A DNA stretch of 64,000 nt from positions 4,136 through 68,135 of the forward strand of contig DCIX01000016.1 in assembly GCA_002317135.1 (NCBI GenBank), in the 5' to 3' direction. Positions 41,982 through 52,810 of the stretch are shown piece by piece. Source of the stretch: Bacteroidales bacterium UBA1715. GTDB lineage: Bacteria > Bacteroidota > Bacteroidia > Bacteroidales > UBA1715. The notes below the pieces were generated by a model. It saw only the letters and a list, made by a program, of their open reading frames with translations, did not search any database and was not told the DNA's origin. How positions within the stretch are numbered: position 1 is the first letter of the stretch; each line of letters starts with the position of its first letter. The translations under genes were made by a program, and so were the position numbers.

Positions 41982-43199
41982 ATGTCCGTATCTCTTTTTT
42001 TTGCACGAAGATATTTGTTCTCAAAAAAGAGCAAGAACGCCATAAACTATATCACCACCGTTTCGGTTATTCTTATCACATTAGTTACTATTGCGATGAT
42101 CATAACCATGTCGGTTTTTAACGGATTGTCGGATGTAATAACTTCAATGTTCAACACTTTTGATCCAGAAATAAAAATCACGGCAAAAACGGGACGAGTA
42201 TTTTCTTTGGATTCGGTAGAGAACAAACTACAACAAACTTCCGGAATACAAGCATATACGCCAATTCTTGAAGATGACGCTCTTTTTACCTATGGTGATA
42301 AACAATTAATTGGAAAACTAAAAGGTGTAGGCGAATCATATACAAAGACGTGTAATGTAGATTCTATACTTGTTGCAGGTGAATTTGTGTTGGAACAAAA
42401 CGATGTTCACTATGCGTGCGTCGGACAAGGCGTTGCTCATAAACTATCGGTCGGACTTATGTTCCGCGATGTATTACATATTTATGCTCCAGAACGTTCG
42501 AAACGCTCGTCTTTTGTTCCTACCGAAGAATACAACAAAACATACGCATACGCACGCGGCGTTTTCTCCGTACAAATGGACATCGACAACGAGTACATCA
42601 TAACATCATTAGCATTGGCACAAGAACTATGGAAATATACCAACAACGAAGTATCTTCCATAGAAATAAAAATTACCGAAAATGCTGATATTCACTCTGT
42701 TGTGCAAAATCTACAACAAACATTAGGCAATAGTTTCTCTATAAAAGATAGAGAAAAACAACACGAATTTATGTACAAAGTAACTCAAGGCGAAAAATTC
42801 GTGACATTCCTTATCATAACCTTAATTTTAATCATAGCCTCCTTCAGCATAATTGGCTCACTTTCAATGCTAATAATAGACAAGCAAAGAGACATTGCCG
42901 TATTGCGAAGTATGGGTGCAAATTCCCAAACAATTAAACGGATATTTATTTTGGAAGGATGGCTCATCGCCGTATTAGGAGCCTTTATTGGAGTATTTTT
43001 AGGCGTTGCAATCTGTGGCATACAAGAATATTTTGGCATAGTAAAACTTCCTGGTGCATCGGCAAACTTTATAGTGCAGGCATACCCGGTAAAAGTTCTT
43101 TTTACAGATGTAATTTCAATTTTATTTGTAGTTTTACTCGTGGGATTTGTAACAGCATACTATCCTGTACAAAAAATTTCTAAAACACAACAACAATGA
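41982..43199 (+). CDS. LolC/E (FtsX-like) ABC permease
   Basis: FARRYLFSKK, SVFNG, DIAVLRSMGA....IKRIF. Confidence 0.88.
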   Translation: MSVSLFFARRYLFSKKSKNAINYITTVSVILITLVTIAMIITMSVFNGLSDVITSMFNTFDPEIKITAKTGRVFSLDSVENKLQQTSGIQAYTPILEDDALFTYGDKQLIGKLKGVGESYTKTCNVDSILVAGEFVLEQNDVHYACVGQGVAHKLSVGLMFRDVLHIYAPERSKRSSFVPTEEYNKTYAYARGVFSVQMDIDNEYIITSLALAQELWKYTNNEVSSIEIKITENADIHSVVQNLQQTLGNSFSIKDREKQHEFMYKVTQGEKFVTFLIITLILIIASFSIIGSLSMLIIDKQRDIAVLRSMGANSQTIKRIFILEGWLIAVLGAFIGVFLGVAICGIQEYFGIVKLPGASANFIVQAYPVKVLFTDVISILFVVLLVGFVTAYYPVQKISKTQQQ

Positions 43200-43735
43200 A
43201 TTTTCTTGATATAATTGTACTCATCCCTGTATTATGGGGAGCATTCAAAGGATTTAAGAATGGACTTATTTCCGAAGCTGGCTCTATTGCCTCACTCATT
43301 TTAGGCATTTGGGCAGCCCTTACCCTATCCGACAAAATTGCTCCATTTGTAGCAAAATTCACAGCCGTTTCCGAAGGTTACCAACAAATAACGGCATTTG
43401 CAATCACCTTTGTTTTAGTCCTTATATTATGCTACATCATCACACGCATAATCATAGGCTTTTGTAAGGCGATAAACATCCTGTGGCTCGATAAATTACT
43501 TGGCGTATTATTCGGTATGTCTAAATACCTCATCATTTTGTCATTCATATTTTATTTGGCCAATACATTGGTAAAAAGTTATGCGACAAAACCTGTTGAA
43601 GTTATAGAAAATTCAGTTTTATTTAAACCTATGGCTGAAACAGCCGAATCGTTCGCCGCTGGTTCTATTACTATTCCAACCATAGAAAAACCATCATTCT
43701 TTGACCCTTTTAAACAGAATAACGATGAAGATTAA
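43196..43735 (+). CDS. cvpA: CvpA family membrane protein
   Basis: LDII......GFKNGLI.E, LDKLLGVLFG. Confidence 0.88.
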   Translation: MNFLDIIVLIPVLWGAFKGFKNGLISEAGSIASLILGIWAALTLSDKIAPFVAKFTAVSEGYQQITAFAITFVLVLILCYIITRIIIGFCKAINILWLDKLLGVLFGMSKYLIILSFIFYLANTLVKSYATKPVEVIENSVLFKPMAETAESFAAGSITIPTIEKPSFFDPFKQNNDED

Positions 43736-44201
43736 CAAAACAAACGCTGCCCGTTTTCTTGATAAATTAAAGATGTCGTATGAATTAGTGCCATACGAAG
43801 TGGACGAAAACGACCTTGGTGCAGAACATATTGCAAATCAATTAAACGAACCTATCGAACAGGTATTCAAGACATTAGTGCTTCGTGGCGACAAAATAGG
43901 CATATTTGTATGCGTTATTCCTGGAAATTTGGAAGTTGACTTAAAACTTGCTGCAAAAATTTCGGGAAACAAAAACTGCGATATGATTCATCTCAAAGAA
44001 TTACAACCTCTTACAGGCTACATTCGTGGTGGTTGCTCTCCACTTGCCATGAAAAAGAAATATCCTGTTTTCTTTCATAAATCTGCATTGGAGCAAGATA
44101 TAATCTATGTAAGCGCTGGCGTTCGTGGACTACAAATAAAAATTGCACCACAAGATTTAATTACCGCAGCAGAAGCAACAGTTGGTGAAATTGTACGATA
44201 A
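43725..44201 (+). CDS. ybaK: Cys-tRNA(Pro) deacylase
   Basis: KTNAAR.LD, VFKTLV, TGYIRGGCSP, SAGVRG. Confidence 0.93.
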   Translation: MKINKTNAARFLDKLKMSYELVPYEVDENDLGAEHIANQLNEPIEQVFKTLVLRGDKIGIFVCVIPGNLEVDLKLAAKISGNKNCDMIHLKELQPLTGYIRGGCSPLAMKKKYPVFFHKSALEQDIIYVSAGVRGLQIKIAPQDLITAAEATVGEIVR

Positions 44202-44211
44202 CAACACTACT

Positions 44212-45132
44212 ATGGGATTTCTTTCTACACTTGGGAAACCATTCAAAAACTTAAAAAACAAAGTTTTAGCATTCTTTCACAATAATTATTTGAAAGAAAA
44301 GCTGAACACTATCATCTTCGGTTCCGATACACCTGCAGGAAAATTCTTCGATGTATTACTTTTTGGGATGATTTTATTGAGCGTGGTTATTATCATACTT
44401 GAAAGCATGAGCTTTTTCCCTCCATCTATGCGCCTTTTCCTTCGTGTATTGGAATGGATATTTACCGCATTCTTCACATTTGAATATTTGGCACGAATTT
44501 ACTGCATGGAACGTCCACGAGAATACATATTCAGTTTCTGGGGAATAATCGACCTACTTGCAACCATACCAAGTTATTTAGGAATCTTCTTTTCTGGCGC
44601 CCAAAGCCTTTTAGCTATTCGAGTATTCCGCCTACTCCGTATCTTCCGCATATTCAAATTATTTTCTTTCCTAAATGAGGGAAATCTACTACTACAATCA
44701 TTGAAAGAAAGTAAACGAAAAATCATCATTTTCTTTTTGTTTGCGTTAATTCTTGTAATTTCCATCGGTACCATTATGTATATCGTAGAAAACGGACGCA
44801 ATCCGAACGGTTTCGAGGATATTCCTAATAGCATCTATTGGGCAATTGTAACCATGACTACTGTTGGTTATGGCGACATTGCACCATGTACCAGTGTAGG
44901 ACGTTTTCTTTCAGCACTGATTATGTTACTTGGCTACACTGTTTTGGCTGTTCCTACCGGTATTTTCTCGGTTTCATTGATGAATGAAGACAAGAAACGA
45001 AGACAGAAAATCTGCCCTCATTGCCATGAACATATTGAAGCAGAAAATGCAAAATACTGTACTCACTGCGGTAACCGACTCGACAGCCTACAAATCAGCG
45101 AATCGCAAACCGAAGACAATGAGATTAGGTAA
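44212..45132 (+). CDS. Voltage-gated-type potassium channel with C-terminal zinc ribbon
   Basis: S4 RVFRLLRIFRIFK, TTVGYGD filter, CPHC...CTHC. Confidence 0.92.
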   Translation: MGFLSTLGKPFKNLKNKVLAFFHNNYLKEKLNTIIFGSDTPAGKFFDVLLFGMILLSVVIIILESMSFFPPSMRLFLRVLEWIFTAFFTFEYLARIYCMERPREYIFSFWGIIDLLATIPSYLGIFFSGAQSLLAIRVFRLLRIFRIFKLFSFLNEGNLLLQSLKESKRKIIIFFLFALILVISIGTIMYIVENGRNPNGFEDIPNSIYWAIVTMTTVGYGDIAPCTSVGRFLSALIMLLGYTVLAVPTGIFSVSLMNEDKKRRQKICPHCHEHIEAENAKYCTHCGNRLDSLQISESQTEDNEIR

Positions 45133-45144
45133 AAAGAAAGATTT

Positions 45145-45717
45145 CTACATTTGTATTCCTTTACGAGAGACAATTTTTTGTTCAAGCAAATAAAAACAGA
45201 ATGCACAAACGCATCCTAATAATGCACCACAAAAGATATCGGCTGGATAATGCACGCCTAAATACATTCTTGTGTAACATACTATCATTGTCCACGACAT
45301 AAACAAAAACGTGCACCACTTGTTTTTCAACAATAGCGATACAAATGTCGCAAATGCAAACATATTAGCCGCATGAGAAGATACAAATCCATACATTCCT
45401 CCTTTGTATCCACGAACTATATGTACCATTTGTTCAATCTCAAGATTATGCGAAGGTCTATAGCGACAAATAACCTTCTTAAAACATTCTGTTGAAATAA
45501 TGTCTGCACACCCTATTGCCAAAGCAATACAAAGCATAGAAAACAAGGATAACTTCCAACCATATTTTCGTTGCAGTAAATAAAAAGCAAATAGAAAAAC
45601 AGGAATAGAAGCCCAGGTTTGAGTTATAACATAAAAAAGTGTATCGAAGAACTCGGAATTACAACCATTGATGGCAAGCAACAACTGTCTATCGAACAAT
45701 TCAAGCGATTCGAACAT
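45145..45717 (-). CDS. PAP2-family phosphatase
   Basis: K....RYRP, SSHA, RMYLGVHYPAD; start overlaps the obgE stop. Confidence 0.9.
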   Translation of the reverse strand: MFESLELFDRQLLLAINGCNSEFFDTLFYVITQTWASIPVFLFAFYLLQRKYGWKLSLFSMLCIALAIGCADIISTECFKKVICRYRPSHNLEIEQMVHIVRGYKGGMYGFVSSHAANMFAFATFVSLLLKNKWCTFLFMSWTMIVCYTRMYLGVHYPADIFCGALLGCVCAFCFYLLEQKIVSRKGIQM

Positions 45718-46706
45718 TATTGTAGCAATTTCCAAAGTTTATCTTTCAATTCCTGGATATTCGTCTGCGCTACCGACGAAATAAAAATATGATCTATCGA
45801 TGTTGGCAAATGTTTTTCCAACATAGATTTTAATTCATCATCCAACATATCGCTTTTGGTAATAGCAAGCATACGAGGTTTGTCGAGCAACTCCGGATTA
45901 TAGAGTTTTAGTTCATTTAAAAGAACTTCGTATTCATCTGCAATATCTTTACTATCAGCAGGAATCATAAATAAAAGTACAGCATTTCGTTCAATATGAC
46001 GAAGGAAACGCAATCCTAAACCTTTACCTTCGTGGGCACCTTCGATAATTCCCGGAATATCGGCCATAGCAAACGAAGCATTATCTCTATAAGGAACAAT
46101 ACCAAGTTGTGGAACAAGCGTTGTAAACGGATAATTCGCAATCTTTGGTTTTGCCGCCGAAACAACACTCAACAATGTTGATTTTCCTGCATTTGGGAAG
46201 CCAACAAGTCCGACATCGGCAAGGACTTTTAGTTCAAGTATAAACCAACCTTCCGTTCCCATCTCGCCAGGTTGAGCATAACGTGGAGTTTGATTTGTTG
46301 CCGATTTGAAGTTTAAATTTCCCAAACCACCACGGCCACCTTTTAAAAGAATTTTTTGTTCACCGTCTTCGGTTATTTCACAGAGAATTTCTTCTGTTTC
46401 TGCATCTTTCGCAACCGTTCCAAGTGGAACTTCAATAATAATATCCTTACCATTGGCACCAGTACTTCCTGCACTACCGCCACTGCCACCATCACCGGCA
46501 GACAAATGTTTTTGATAGCGTAAAGCCAACAAGGTCCACACATTACGGCTACCTTTCAAAATGATATGTCCACCACGACCACCATCACCACCATCAGGTC
46601 CACCCTTGGCAACAAATTTTTCACGATGAAGATGAGCAGAACCTGCACCACCCTTTCCTGAGTGAAGGAATATTTTTACATAGTCGACAAAACTTGAAGA
46701 TGCCAT
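45717..46706 (-). CDS. obgE: GTPase Obg
   Basis: [33 protein letters not shown]. Confidence 0.97.
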   Translation of the reverse strand: MASSSFVDYVKIFLHSGKGGAGSAHLHREKFVAKGGPDGGDGGRGGHIILKGSRNVWTLLALRYQKHLSAGDGGSGGSAGSTGANGKDIIIEVPLGTVAKDAETEEILCEITEDGEQKILLKGGRGGLGNLNFKSATNQTPRYAQPGEMGTEGWFILELKVLADVGLVGFPNAGKSTLLSVVSAAKPKIANYPFTTLVPQLGIVPYRDNASFAMADIPGIIEGAHEGKGLGLRFLRHIERNAVLLFMIPADSKDIADEYEVLLNELKLYNPELLDKPRMLAITKSDMLDDELKSMLEKHLPTSIDHIFISSVAQTNIQELKDKLWKLLQ

Positions 46707-46799
46707 GAGAAAAGTGATTAATGATTAATAAAAAAAAGAGGTGATTAAATAAAAATTGGCAACAGACACTAAGCCCATTGCCAATCATTTTATTGTAGA

Positions 46800-47372
46800 T
46801 TAAAATTTGTCGCAAACGCCACAAATAGTACCAAAAATTTCGTCGATAGTACCTACTCCTTTGATTTCTTGTAATTTACCTTGTTTACCATAGAAATCTT
46901 TTACAGGAGCTGTTTCTGAATTGTAAACTTTGATACGGTTCATGATAACTTCTTCGTTTTGATCGTCAGCACGGCCAGAAGATTTACCACGTTCCAACAA
47001 ACGTTTTACCAATTCTGGAGTATCTACTTCCAAAGAAATCATGCAAGAAACTGCGATATTGTGTTTTGCCATCAATTCGTCCAATGCAACTGCTTGAGCA
47101 GTAGTACGTGGGAAACCATCGAAAATAAAACCGTTACCTTTTGCATTTTCAGCGATTTTGTTTGCCATCATACCAATTACGATATCATCAGAAACCAATT
47201 CGCCTTTTTCGATTTTAGCTTTTGCTTGTTTACCAAGTTCAGTTTCTGCTTTCATTTCAGCACGCAACAAGTCACCTGTTGAGATGTGGCACAAGTTGTA
47301 TTTTGCAACGATTTTGTCTGATTGAGTTCCTTTTCCTGCTCCCGGAGGGCCGAATAACACTAAATTTAGCAT
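46800..47372 (-). CDS. adk: Adenylate kinase
   Basis: GPPGAGKGTQ, HISTGDLLR, DGFPR. Confidence 0.97.
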   Translation of the reverse strand: MLNLVLFGPPGAGKGTQSDKIVAKYNLCHISTGDLLRAEMKAETELGKQAKAKIEKGELVSDDIVIGMMANKIAENAKGNGFIFDGFPRTTAQAVALDELMAKHNIAVSCMISLEVDTPELVKRLLERGKSSGRADDQNEEVIMNRIKVYNSETAPVKDFYGKQGKLQEIKGVGTIDEIFGTICGVCDKF

Positions 47373-47505
47373 AGTATTTACTTTTTAATTAATAATTCAT
47401 TTCTAAACGCTTGCGAATGTACTATTTTTTTTCGTGTTTTTATGCAACATCTCTTTTATTTTGAACAAAATGCATATATTTACAAATGGAAAAAACTGAA
47501 CTCAA

Positions 47506-49170
47506 ATGAAAATAATCGGCAAACTCAAAAAGTTCTCTCCAAAAGAGTTATTGCAAATCGGTAAGGAAACCTTCAAAAGATTCCCAATTTCTTGCATCGC
47601 AACAATTGTAGTAACCATATTTTGCCTATTACCTATATATACATACCCACCGATAAAAGACAACCCCTCTCTACTCTTTTTCTTATTCTTCTACCCTGCT
47701 ACAACATACTTCTTAAATATACTCACAAATTTGTTGGCTGAAAATTATGCAAACCGTAAATTACTGATAATCGGCGGCTTAAACATCTTTTGGTTAGTAT
47801 TTTCCATAATTGCAAGCATTTATTGGTGGACAAATTGGAATGCCCTAGGCCTTATTGCCGCTTGTTTTCTTATGCTAGTGTTACTTTTTTGCTATCCCAC
47901 TCTCATACAAAAGGACAATCTTGCAAGTTGGAAATTTGCAACTCAAAATATAGCAAATTTGACTGTTAGTGGCTTTATGCTACTGATATTTTATGGCGCA
48001 CTTGCTATTCTCTATTTGGGTACTGGAGAATTATTTAGCATAAAAATTAACGGTCAACTTTACTTAGACACACTAATCATCTGCTTTTGTGCAATTATGC
48101 CTTTTCTGTTTCTCACCCAAATTTCAAAACAAGAAAAAGCAACCAATCTCCTAGAAAATGTTTCTTATTTGCTCATTCCTGTACAATTGCTATATGTAAT
48201 TATTCTCTACATATACGCCGCTAAAATACTATTTACCTGGACTTTACCGTGCGGAGCTGTCTCGTGGATGGTAATCATTTCTATGATAGGAATGATTCTA
48301 CTACAATGGATTTTATATCCAAAAATGCTTGATGAAAATAAGACGGCAAAACAAACAATCCTACGCTATCTTCCTATACTGATGATTCCTCTCCTTATCT
48401 TAATGAGCGTGGGAATCTTCCGTAGAATTTCCGACTATGGCATTACTATTTCAAGACTCTATGTATTAGCGGCAAATATCTGGTTTTATGGTATTTGCAT
48501 TTATTTAGCCATACATAAATCGAAAAAAATTGTTGGTATTCCACTATCATTCGCAATCGTATTTTTACTTATTTCCTTTGGTCCACAAAGCATTCCAAAT
48601 GTAACTCTACGCATACTTACAAACGAAATTAAAACATTGCTTGATGACGAAAACATTAGTTACCCAATAACAAACGTACAAACAATAACCAACACGAAGA
48701 TAAAAGACAAAATACTATACCTACAAAGCAAATACAAAGGCGAAGACTACCAAGACATTATAGATGAATATATTTATTTTGGCATAGTTGATACAACTTA
48801 CAGTGCAGATTCACAAAAAACAGAAACAATTATTACTAATTCAAGCAAAAAACTTTCAAACATAAATTATTATCATACTATGTATGATTGGGAAACCGAC
48901 CTACCACTAGAACAATACAATAAGTTACTAAAAATCACCAATAAGTACTTCACCATAAGCGACAACCTATTAAAAACAGATTCAATTAGATTCACAGTGG
49001 GGAATACACCTGTTACCTTCCCTATTGAAGCAATAGAAAAACAGAAAGACAGCGATATTTTTACATATAAAACAGATTCTGTTTTTCTCATACTTACAAC
49101 TTTTTACTTAACAATAAGAGGGAACGACAACAATGAGATACGATTCAACGGTATCCTATTAACAAAATAA
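47506..49170 (+). CDS. DUF4153-like multi-pass membrane protein
   Basis: RFP, LYIYAAKIL..W.LP.G.VS, RRISDYGITISR.Y. Confidence 0.8.
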   Translation: MKIIGKLKKFSPKELLQIGKETFKRFPISCIATIVVTIFCLLPIYTYPPIKDNPSLLFFLFFYPATTYFLNILTNLLAENYANRKLLIIGGLNIFWLVFSIIASIYWWTNWNALGLIAACFLMLVLLFCYPTLIQKDNLASWKFATQNIANLTVSGFMLLIFYGALAILYLGTGELFSIKINGQLYLDTLIICFCAIMPFLFLTQISKQEKATNLLENVSYLLIPVQLLYVIILYIYAAKILFTWTLPCGAVSWMVIISMIGMILLQWILYPKMLDENKTAKQTILRYLPILMIPLLILMSVGIFRRISDYGITISRLYVLAANIWFYGICIYLAIHKSKKIVGIPLSFAIVFLLISFGPQSIPNVTLRILTNEIKTLLDDENISYPITNVQTITNTKIKDKILYLQSKYKGEDYQDIIDEYIYFGIVDTTYSADSQKTETIITNSSKKLSNINYYHTMYDWETDLPLEQYNKLLKITNKYFTISDNLLKTDSIRFTVGNTPVTFPIEAIEKQKDSDIFTYKTDSVFLILTTFYLTIRGNDNNEIRFNGILLTK

Positions 49171-49180
49171 CATATACACT

Positions 49181-49663
49181 ATGAAAAAATTCATTCTTTC
49201 ACTTATACTAACTATGGGACTATTTTCATTTTTCATCCAACATAATTGTACTGTTTACAAAGGTAATTCGTCGTATTCTAACGACATTATTTGCAACATA
49301 AAAGACGGCAAAGTATACAAAAGAAACTCCTCATACTCAAGCGACATTCTTTTAAACATTAAAGATGGGAAAATCTACAAAGGTAATTCAACCTATAGTA
49401 GCGATGTAATCTATACTATTAAAGATGGCAAAGTGTACAAGGGTAATTCCAGCTACTCAAGCGATGTTATTTACACCATAAAAGACCGAAAAATGTATAA
49501 AGGAAACTCAACATACAGCAATGACATTATTTGCAACCTCAACAACAAAAAAATCTATAAAGGGACATCAAGTTACAGTAATGATATCATCTGCAATGTA
49601 AACAACGACATTACCATAGAAAGTTTTGTAGCAATTTGCCACACCATAAGTTTTATTTGGTAA
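49181..49663 (+). CDS. Exported/membrane protein made of six 19-aa tandem repeats
   Basis: Signal-like N-terminus; repeated (K)VYKGNSSYSSDII(C/Y)(N/T)IKDG. Confidence 0.85.
   Translation: MKKFILSLILTMGLFSFFIQHNCTVYKGNSSYSNDIICNIKDGKVYKRNSSYSSDILLNIKDGKIYKGNSTYSSDVIYTIKDGKVYKGNSSYSSDVIYTIKDRKMYKGNSTYSNDIICNLNNKKIYKGTSSYSNDIICNVNNDITIESFVAICHTISFIW
49250..49605 (+). repeat. 57-bp intragenic tandem repeat, about 6 diverged copies
   Basis: YK(G/R)(N/T)S codons recur every 57 nt. Confidence 0.85.
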
Positions 49664-49667
49664 AAAA

Positions 49668-50636
49668 CTATAAAACAATATTATAGAAGAACCCTAGGAT
49701 CATTATAAAAAGCGTGATTATTCCAAAAAAGATACAAATCAATTGAAGAGACATAACCTTCTTCAATAATGTTGCTTCTGGTAAAGAAAGACCAACAACA
49801 GCCATCATAAAAGCAAGAGCAGTCCCTATACTTACACCTTTGGCAACAAATACCTCAACAACAGGAACTATTCCTGCTGCATTTGCATACATTGGAACAG
49901 CACAAATTACGGCCAAAGGAACTGCATACCATTTATCAGAAGATAAATATTCCTCAAAAAATCCTTCTGGAACATAACCGTGCATACACGCACCTATACC
50001 TATACCAAGAATCACATAAACAATAACCCCTTTTACAATATTCCACGATTCACAAACAATATGCGGAAATCGTTGCATAAACGAAAGATTATCCAACTCC
50101 CATTGTTCGTTTTCACCAATAGATTGCTTTTGCATTTCCAACACCCAGGGAGACAACAAACGCTCTAATTGTAACTTACCAAGTATATACCCTCCAAACA
50201 TACCGAGTAAAACTCCACTAACGATATAAACTAATGTTACCTTAAGCCCAAACACGCCTAAAAACATTGCAACAGCAACTTCGTTAACCAATGGAGAGGT
50301 AATCAAATACGAAAATGTCACTCCTAATGGAATACCACCTTTCACAAATCCTATAAAAAGTGGAATGGAAGAACATGAGCAAAAAGGCGTTATAGCCCCA
50401 AACAACGAAGCTAACAGATATTGCGTTCCATACAGTTTCTTGTTTGTAAGAAAATTACGAAGACGTTCTATCGGAAAATATGCATTCACAAATCCCATAA
50501 CTATACTGATAACAAAAAGTAACAGTAAAATTTTAAGTGAATCATATACAAAAAAACTTAAAGCTTCTCCTATACGAGAATATAACTCTATTCCAACGAC
50601 ATCATACACGAGCCAATTTGCAAAATTTTCTAACAT
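49668..50636 (-). CDS. arsP: ArsP/DUF318 permease
   Basis: TPFCSCSSIP, SPLVNE, PMY.N, LSLPE. Confidence 0.85.
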   Translation of the reverse strand: MLENFANWLVYDVVGIELYSRIGEALSFFVYDSLKILLLLFVISIVMGFVNAYFPIERLRNFLTNKKLYGTQYLLASLFGAITPFCSCSSIPLFIGFVKGGIPLGVTFSYLITSPLVNEVAVAMFLGVFGLKVTLVYIVSGVLLGMFGGYILGKLQLERLLSPWVLEMQKQSIGENEQWELDNLSFMQRFPHIVCESWNIVKGVIVYVILGIGIGACMHGYVPEGFFEEYLSSDKWYAVPLAVICAVPMYANAAGIVPVVEVFVAKGVSIGTALAFMMAVVGLSLPEATLLKKVMSLQLICIFFGIITLFIMILGFFYNIVL

Positions 50637-50643
50637 ATCATTT

Positions 50644-51069
50644 CTATAAAAAAAACTGTAATTCTTTCTTATACCAATCTGTTATATCCGTAATGATTCT
50701 ATCTCGAACACTGCGGAATTGTTGAATCTGTTCTTCTGTTGTACCAACAAAAGCATCAGGATCTTCAAAACCTATATGTAATTGCTGTTTTACCTTACCT
50801 CTAAAAATCGGACAAGATTCTTTTGCTGAACCACAAACAGTCAAAACATAATCCCATGATTGATCGAGATATTGATTCACCGATTTTGGATAATGAGACG
50901 ATATATCTATACCTATCTCTTTCATAACTGATATTGCAAGCGGATGAACTGCTTCCGCCGGTTTTACACCTGCAGAACAAACTTCAAATAAAGGATTCAA
51001 ATGTTTCAAAACACCCTGCACCATTTGACTTCGACAACGGTTTCCCGTACATAAAACTAAAATTCTCAT
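50644..51069 (-). CDS. arsC: Thioredoxin-dependent arsenate reductase (LMW-PTP fold)
   Basis: CTGNRCRSQM, TVC...ESCP, FEDP. Confidence 0.9.
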   Translation of the reverse strand: MRILVLCTGNRCRSQMVQGVLKHLNPLFEVCSAGVKPAEAVHPLAISVMKEIGIDISSHYPKSVNQYLDQSWDYVLTVCGSAKESCPIFRGKVKQQLHIGFEDPDAFVGTTEEQIQQFRSVRDRIITDITDWYKKELQFFL

Positions 51070-51773
51070 ACTATCAACATTATGGTATAATACAATCCAA
51101 CTATCATAAAAATTAGCGAAACTACAGAATTAAGCCATTTCTGAAATTTCTGTACATTTCCAACCCAAGAAGAAAGATTTGTCACACAAAAAGCTAAAAT
51201 CCATGCAACAATTAAAACTGGAAGTGCAGTAGCTATTGCAAAAAATATCGGCAAGAAATATCCTGTTTCAGTTCCTACCGACAATGGGATCAACATGCCG
51301 AAATAAAACATCACACTTGTAGGACAAAATGCCATTGCAAAAAAGAACCCCAGCAAAAAAGAGCCTGCAACTCCATGAAAACGGCTATCCACAACATTTC
51401 CTGAAAAGCCAAACTTAGGTAAATGCAACAAATGCCCAAACAACATAAACAATCCAATGAGAATAAGTATAGGACCTATAACATATTCACCGATAACATG
51501 TATTGCATTTTGTAGTCCAAAAATTTCTCCTCCTTTTTTTAGAACATAAATGAGCAAAACACCTAAACAAGTATAGGCAACAATTCTTCCCAAACAATAA
51601 CATATTCCTTTATTAAATACAGCATTTTTATCTACATCCTTACAAATAAAACTAACAGCTGTTATGTTTGTAAACAAAGGACATGGACTAATTGCCGTAA
51701 GCAGCCCTAACACGATTGCCGTCAACACAGGAACTGTACTACTATATAAAAGTGTATGTAAATATTCTATCAT
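51066..51773 (-). CDS. arsG: ArsG-family / CcdA-like membrane protein
   Basis: LLTAISPCP...NI, AFCPTS, FAIATALPV. Confidence 0.8.
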   Translation of the reverse strand: MIEYLHTLLYSSTVPVLTAIVLGLLTAISPCPLFTNITAVSFICKDVDKNAVFNKGICYCLGRIVAYTCLGVLLIYVLKKGGEIFGLQNAIHVIGEYVIGPILILIGLFMLFGHLLHLPKFGFSGNVVDSRFHGVAGSFLLGFFFAMAFCPTSVMFYFGMLIPLSVGTETGYFLPIFFAIATALPVLIVAWILAFCVTNLSSWVGNVQKFQKWLNSVVSLIFMIVGLYYTIMLIV

Positions 51774-52147
51774 TGCTGTATAGACTCAATCTCAAGTTTT
51801 AACAATCTCTTAAACTCTTCGGGCTGATTTTTAGCATAACGAAACGCCAACTGTGTAATATCCTTACGAACATCGCCGTTTTCAATAAATAATGTCGACC
51901 AGGCAACTTTATATTCTTGTGCAATGCTATTTCCTTCCTCTGTTGAAAAATCAACAGCCTCAAAACGAACATGTCCCTTCGTCTGCTTATCAGTACATAT
52001 TTCTTGCACAGCTTCTTTTGCATACTTTTCTATGCTCAAACAAGTTACACATCTTTGTTTACCATGAAAATAAACAACATCAACATTTTGACTGTATCCT
52101 ATAAGATACAAACACAAAAAAATAATTAAAGACAATAGTTTTTTCAT
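51770..52147 (-). CDS. arsF: ArsF-family exported thioredoxin-like protein
   Basis: Signal peptide, VVYFHGKQRCVTC..IE. Confidence 0.8.
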   Translation of the reverse strand: MKKLLSLIIFLCLYLIGYSQNVDVVYFHGKQRCVTCLSIEKYAKEAVQEICTDKQTKGHVRFEAVDFSTEEGNSIAQEYKVAWSTLFIENGDVRKDITQLAFRYAKNQPEEFKRLLKLEIESIQQ

Positions 52148-52153
52148 ATTCTT

Positions 52154-52384
52154 TTACTTTAATAGTTCAACCAATTCTTTTTCTGTTTTAGCCCCACGAG
52201 CAACAACTTGTTCATCTACAACTAGAGCAGGTAGCGACATGACATTATAGCGCATAACCTCTTCTATATCTGTAACACGAGTAACAGACACATCCAAAGA
52301 TTGTTCACTTACTACTTTTTCCACCAAATCTGCAAATTTGCTATTACAAGCACATCCACTAATCAACACTTTTACTTTTTTCAT
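52154..52384 (-). CDS. Small thioredoxin-like protein (MTH895/ArsE family)
   Basis: GCAC, VTDIEE...YNVMSLPALVVD. Confidence 0.85.
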   Translation of the reverse strand: MKKVKVLISGCACNSKFADLVEKVVSEQSLDVSVTRVTDIEEVMRYNVMSLPALVVDEQVVARGAKTEKELVELLK

Positions 52385-52406
52385 AATACATATTTATTTG
52401 TTAGTA

Positions 52407-52428
52407 ATTCGCAAAACAACGAACAATA
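52407..52428. promoter_or_regulatory. ArsR operator-like box 1
   Basis: ATTCGCAAAACAACGAACAATA (TTCG-N8-CGAA), identical to 52862-52883. Confidence 0.7.
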
Positions 52429-52467
52429 AAATTAAATAAAAACCCTCGAAACAAGGGTTCTTAAAAA

Positions 52468-52797
52468 TCATTCACAACAAGAATCTTTCTTATCACATAT
52501 ATTCAAGGCAAAGAAGTCTGAAAACAACTGTTTCGCATATTCCCAATTTTCACGATTAATACAATACTTAACTTTTGGAGCTTCTATTTCACCTTGAATA
52601 AGTCCTGCTTCTTTTAAAGCAGACAAATGCTGACTTACCGTTGCTTTAGCTATAGGTAGTTCTTCGTGAATGTCACCAAAATAACAAGTTTCTTGACTCG
52701 CCAAAAATTTCATAATAGCTATACGTGCAGGATGTCCTAACGCTTTCGCCATACGAGCCAATGTTTCTGTTTTTATGCAATAATTCTTTTCAGCCAT
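52468..52797 (-). CDS. arsR: ArsR/SmtB transcriptional repressor
   Basis: [27 protein letters not shown]-terminal CC. Confidence 0.93.
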   Translation of the reverse strand: MAEKNYCIKTETLARMAKALGHPARIAIMKFLASQETCYFGDIHEELPIAKATVSQHLSALKEAGLIQGEIEAPKVKYCINRENWEYAKQLFSDFFALNICDKKDSCCE

Positions 52798-52810
52798 ACC
52801 ATTTTATTTT

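Noticed and set aside
49250-49605. Regularly spaced repeats that might suggest a CRISPR array
   Set aside because: In-frame coding repeats with synonymous divergence, no unique spacers and no cas genes
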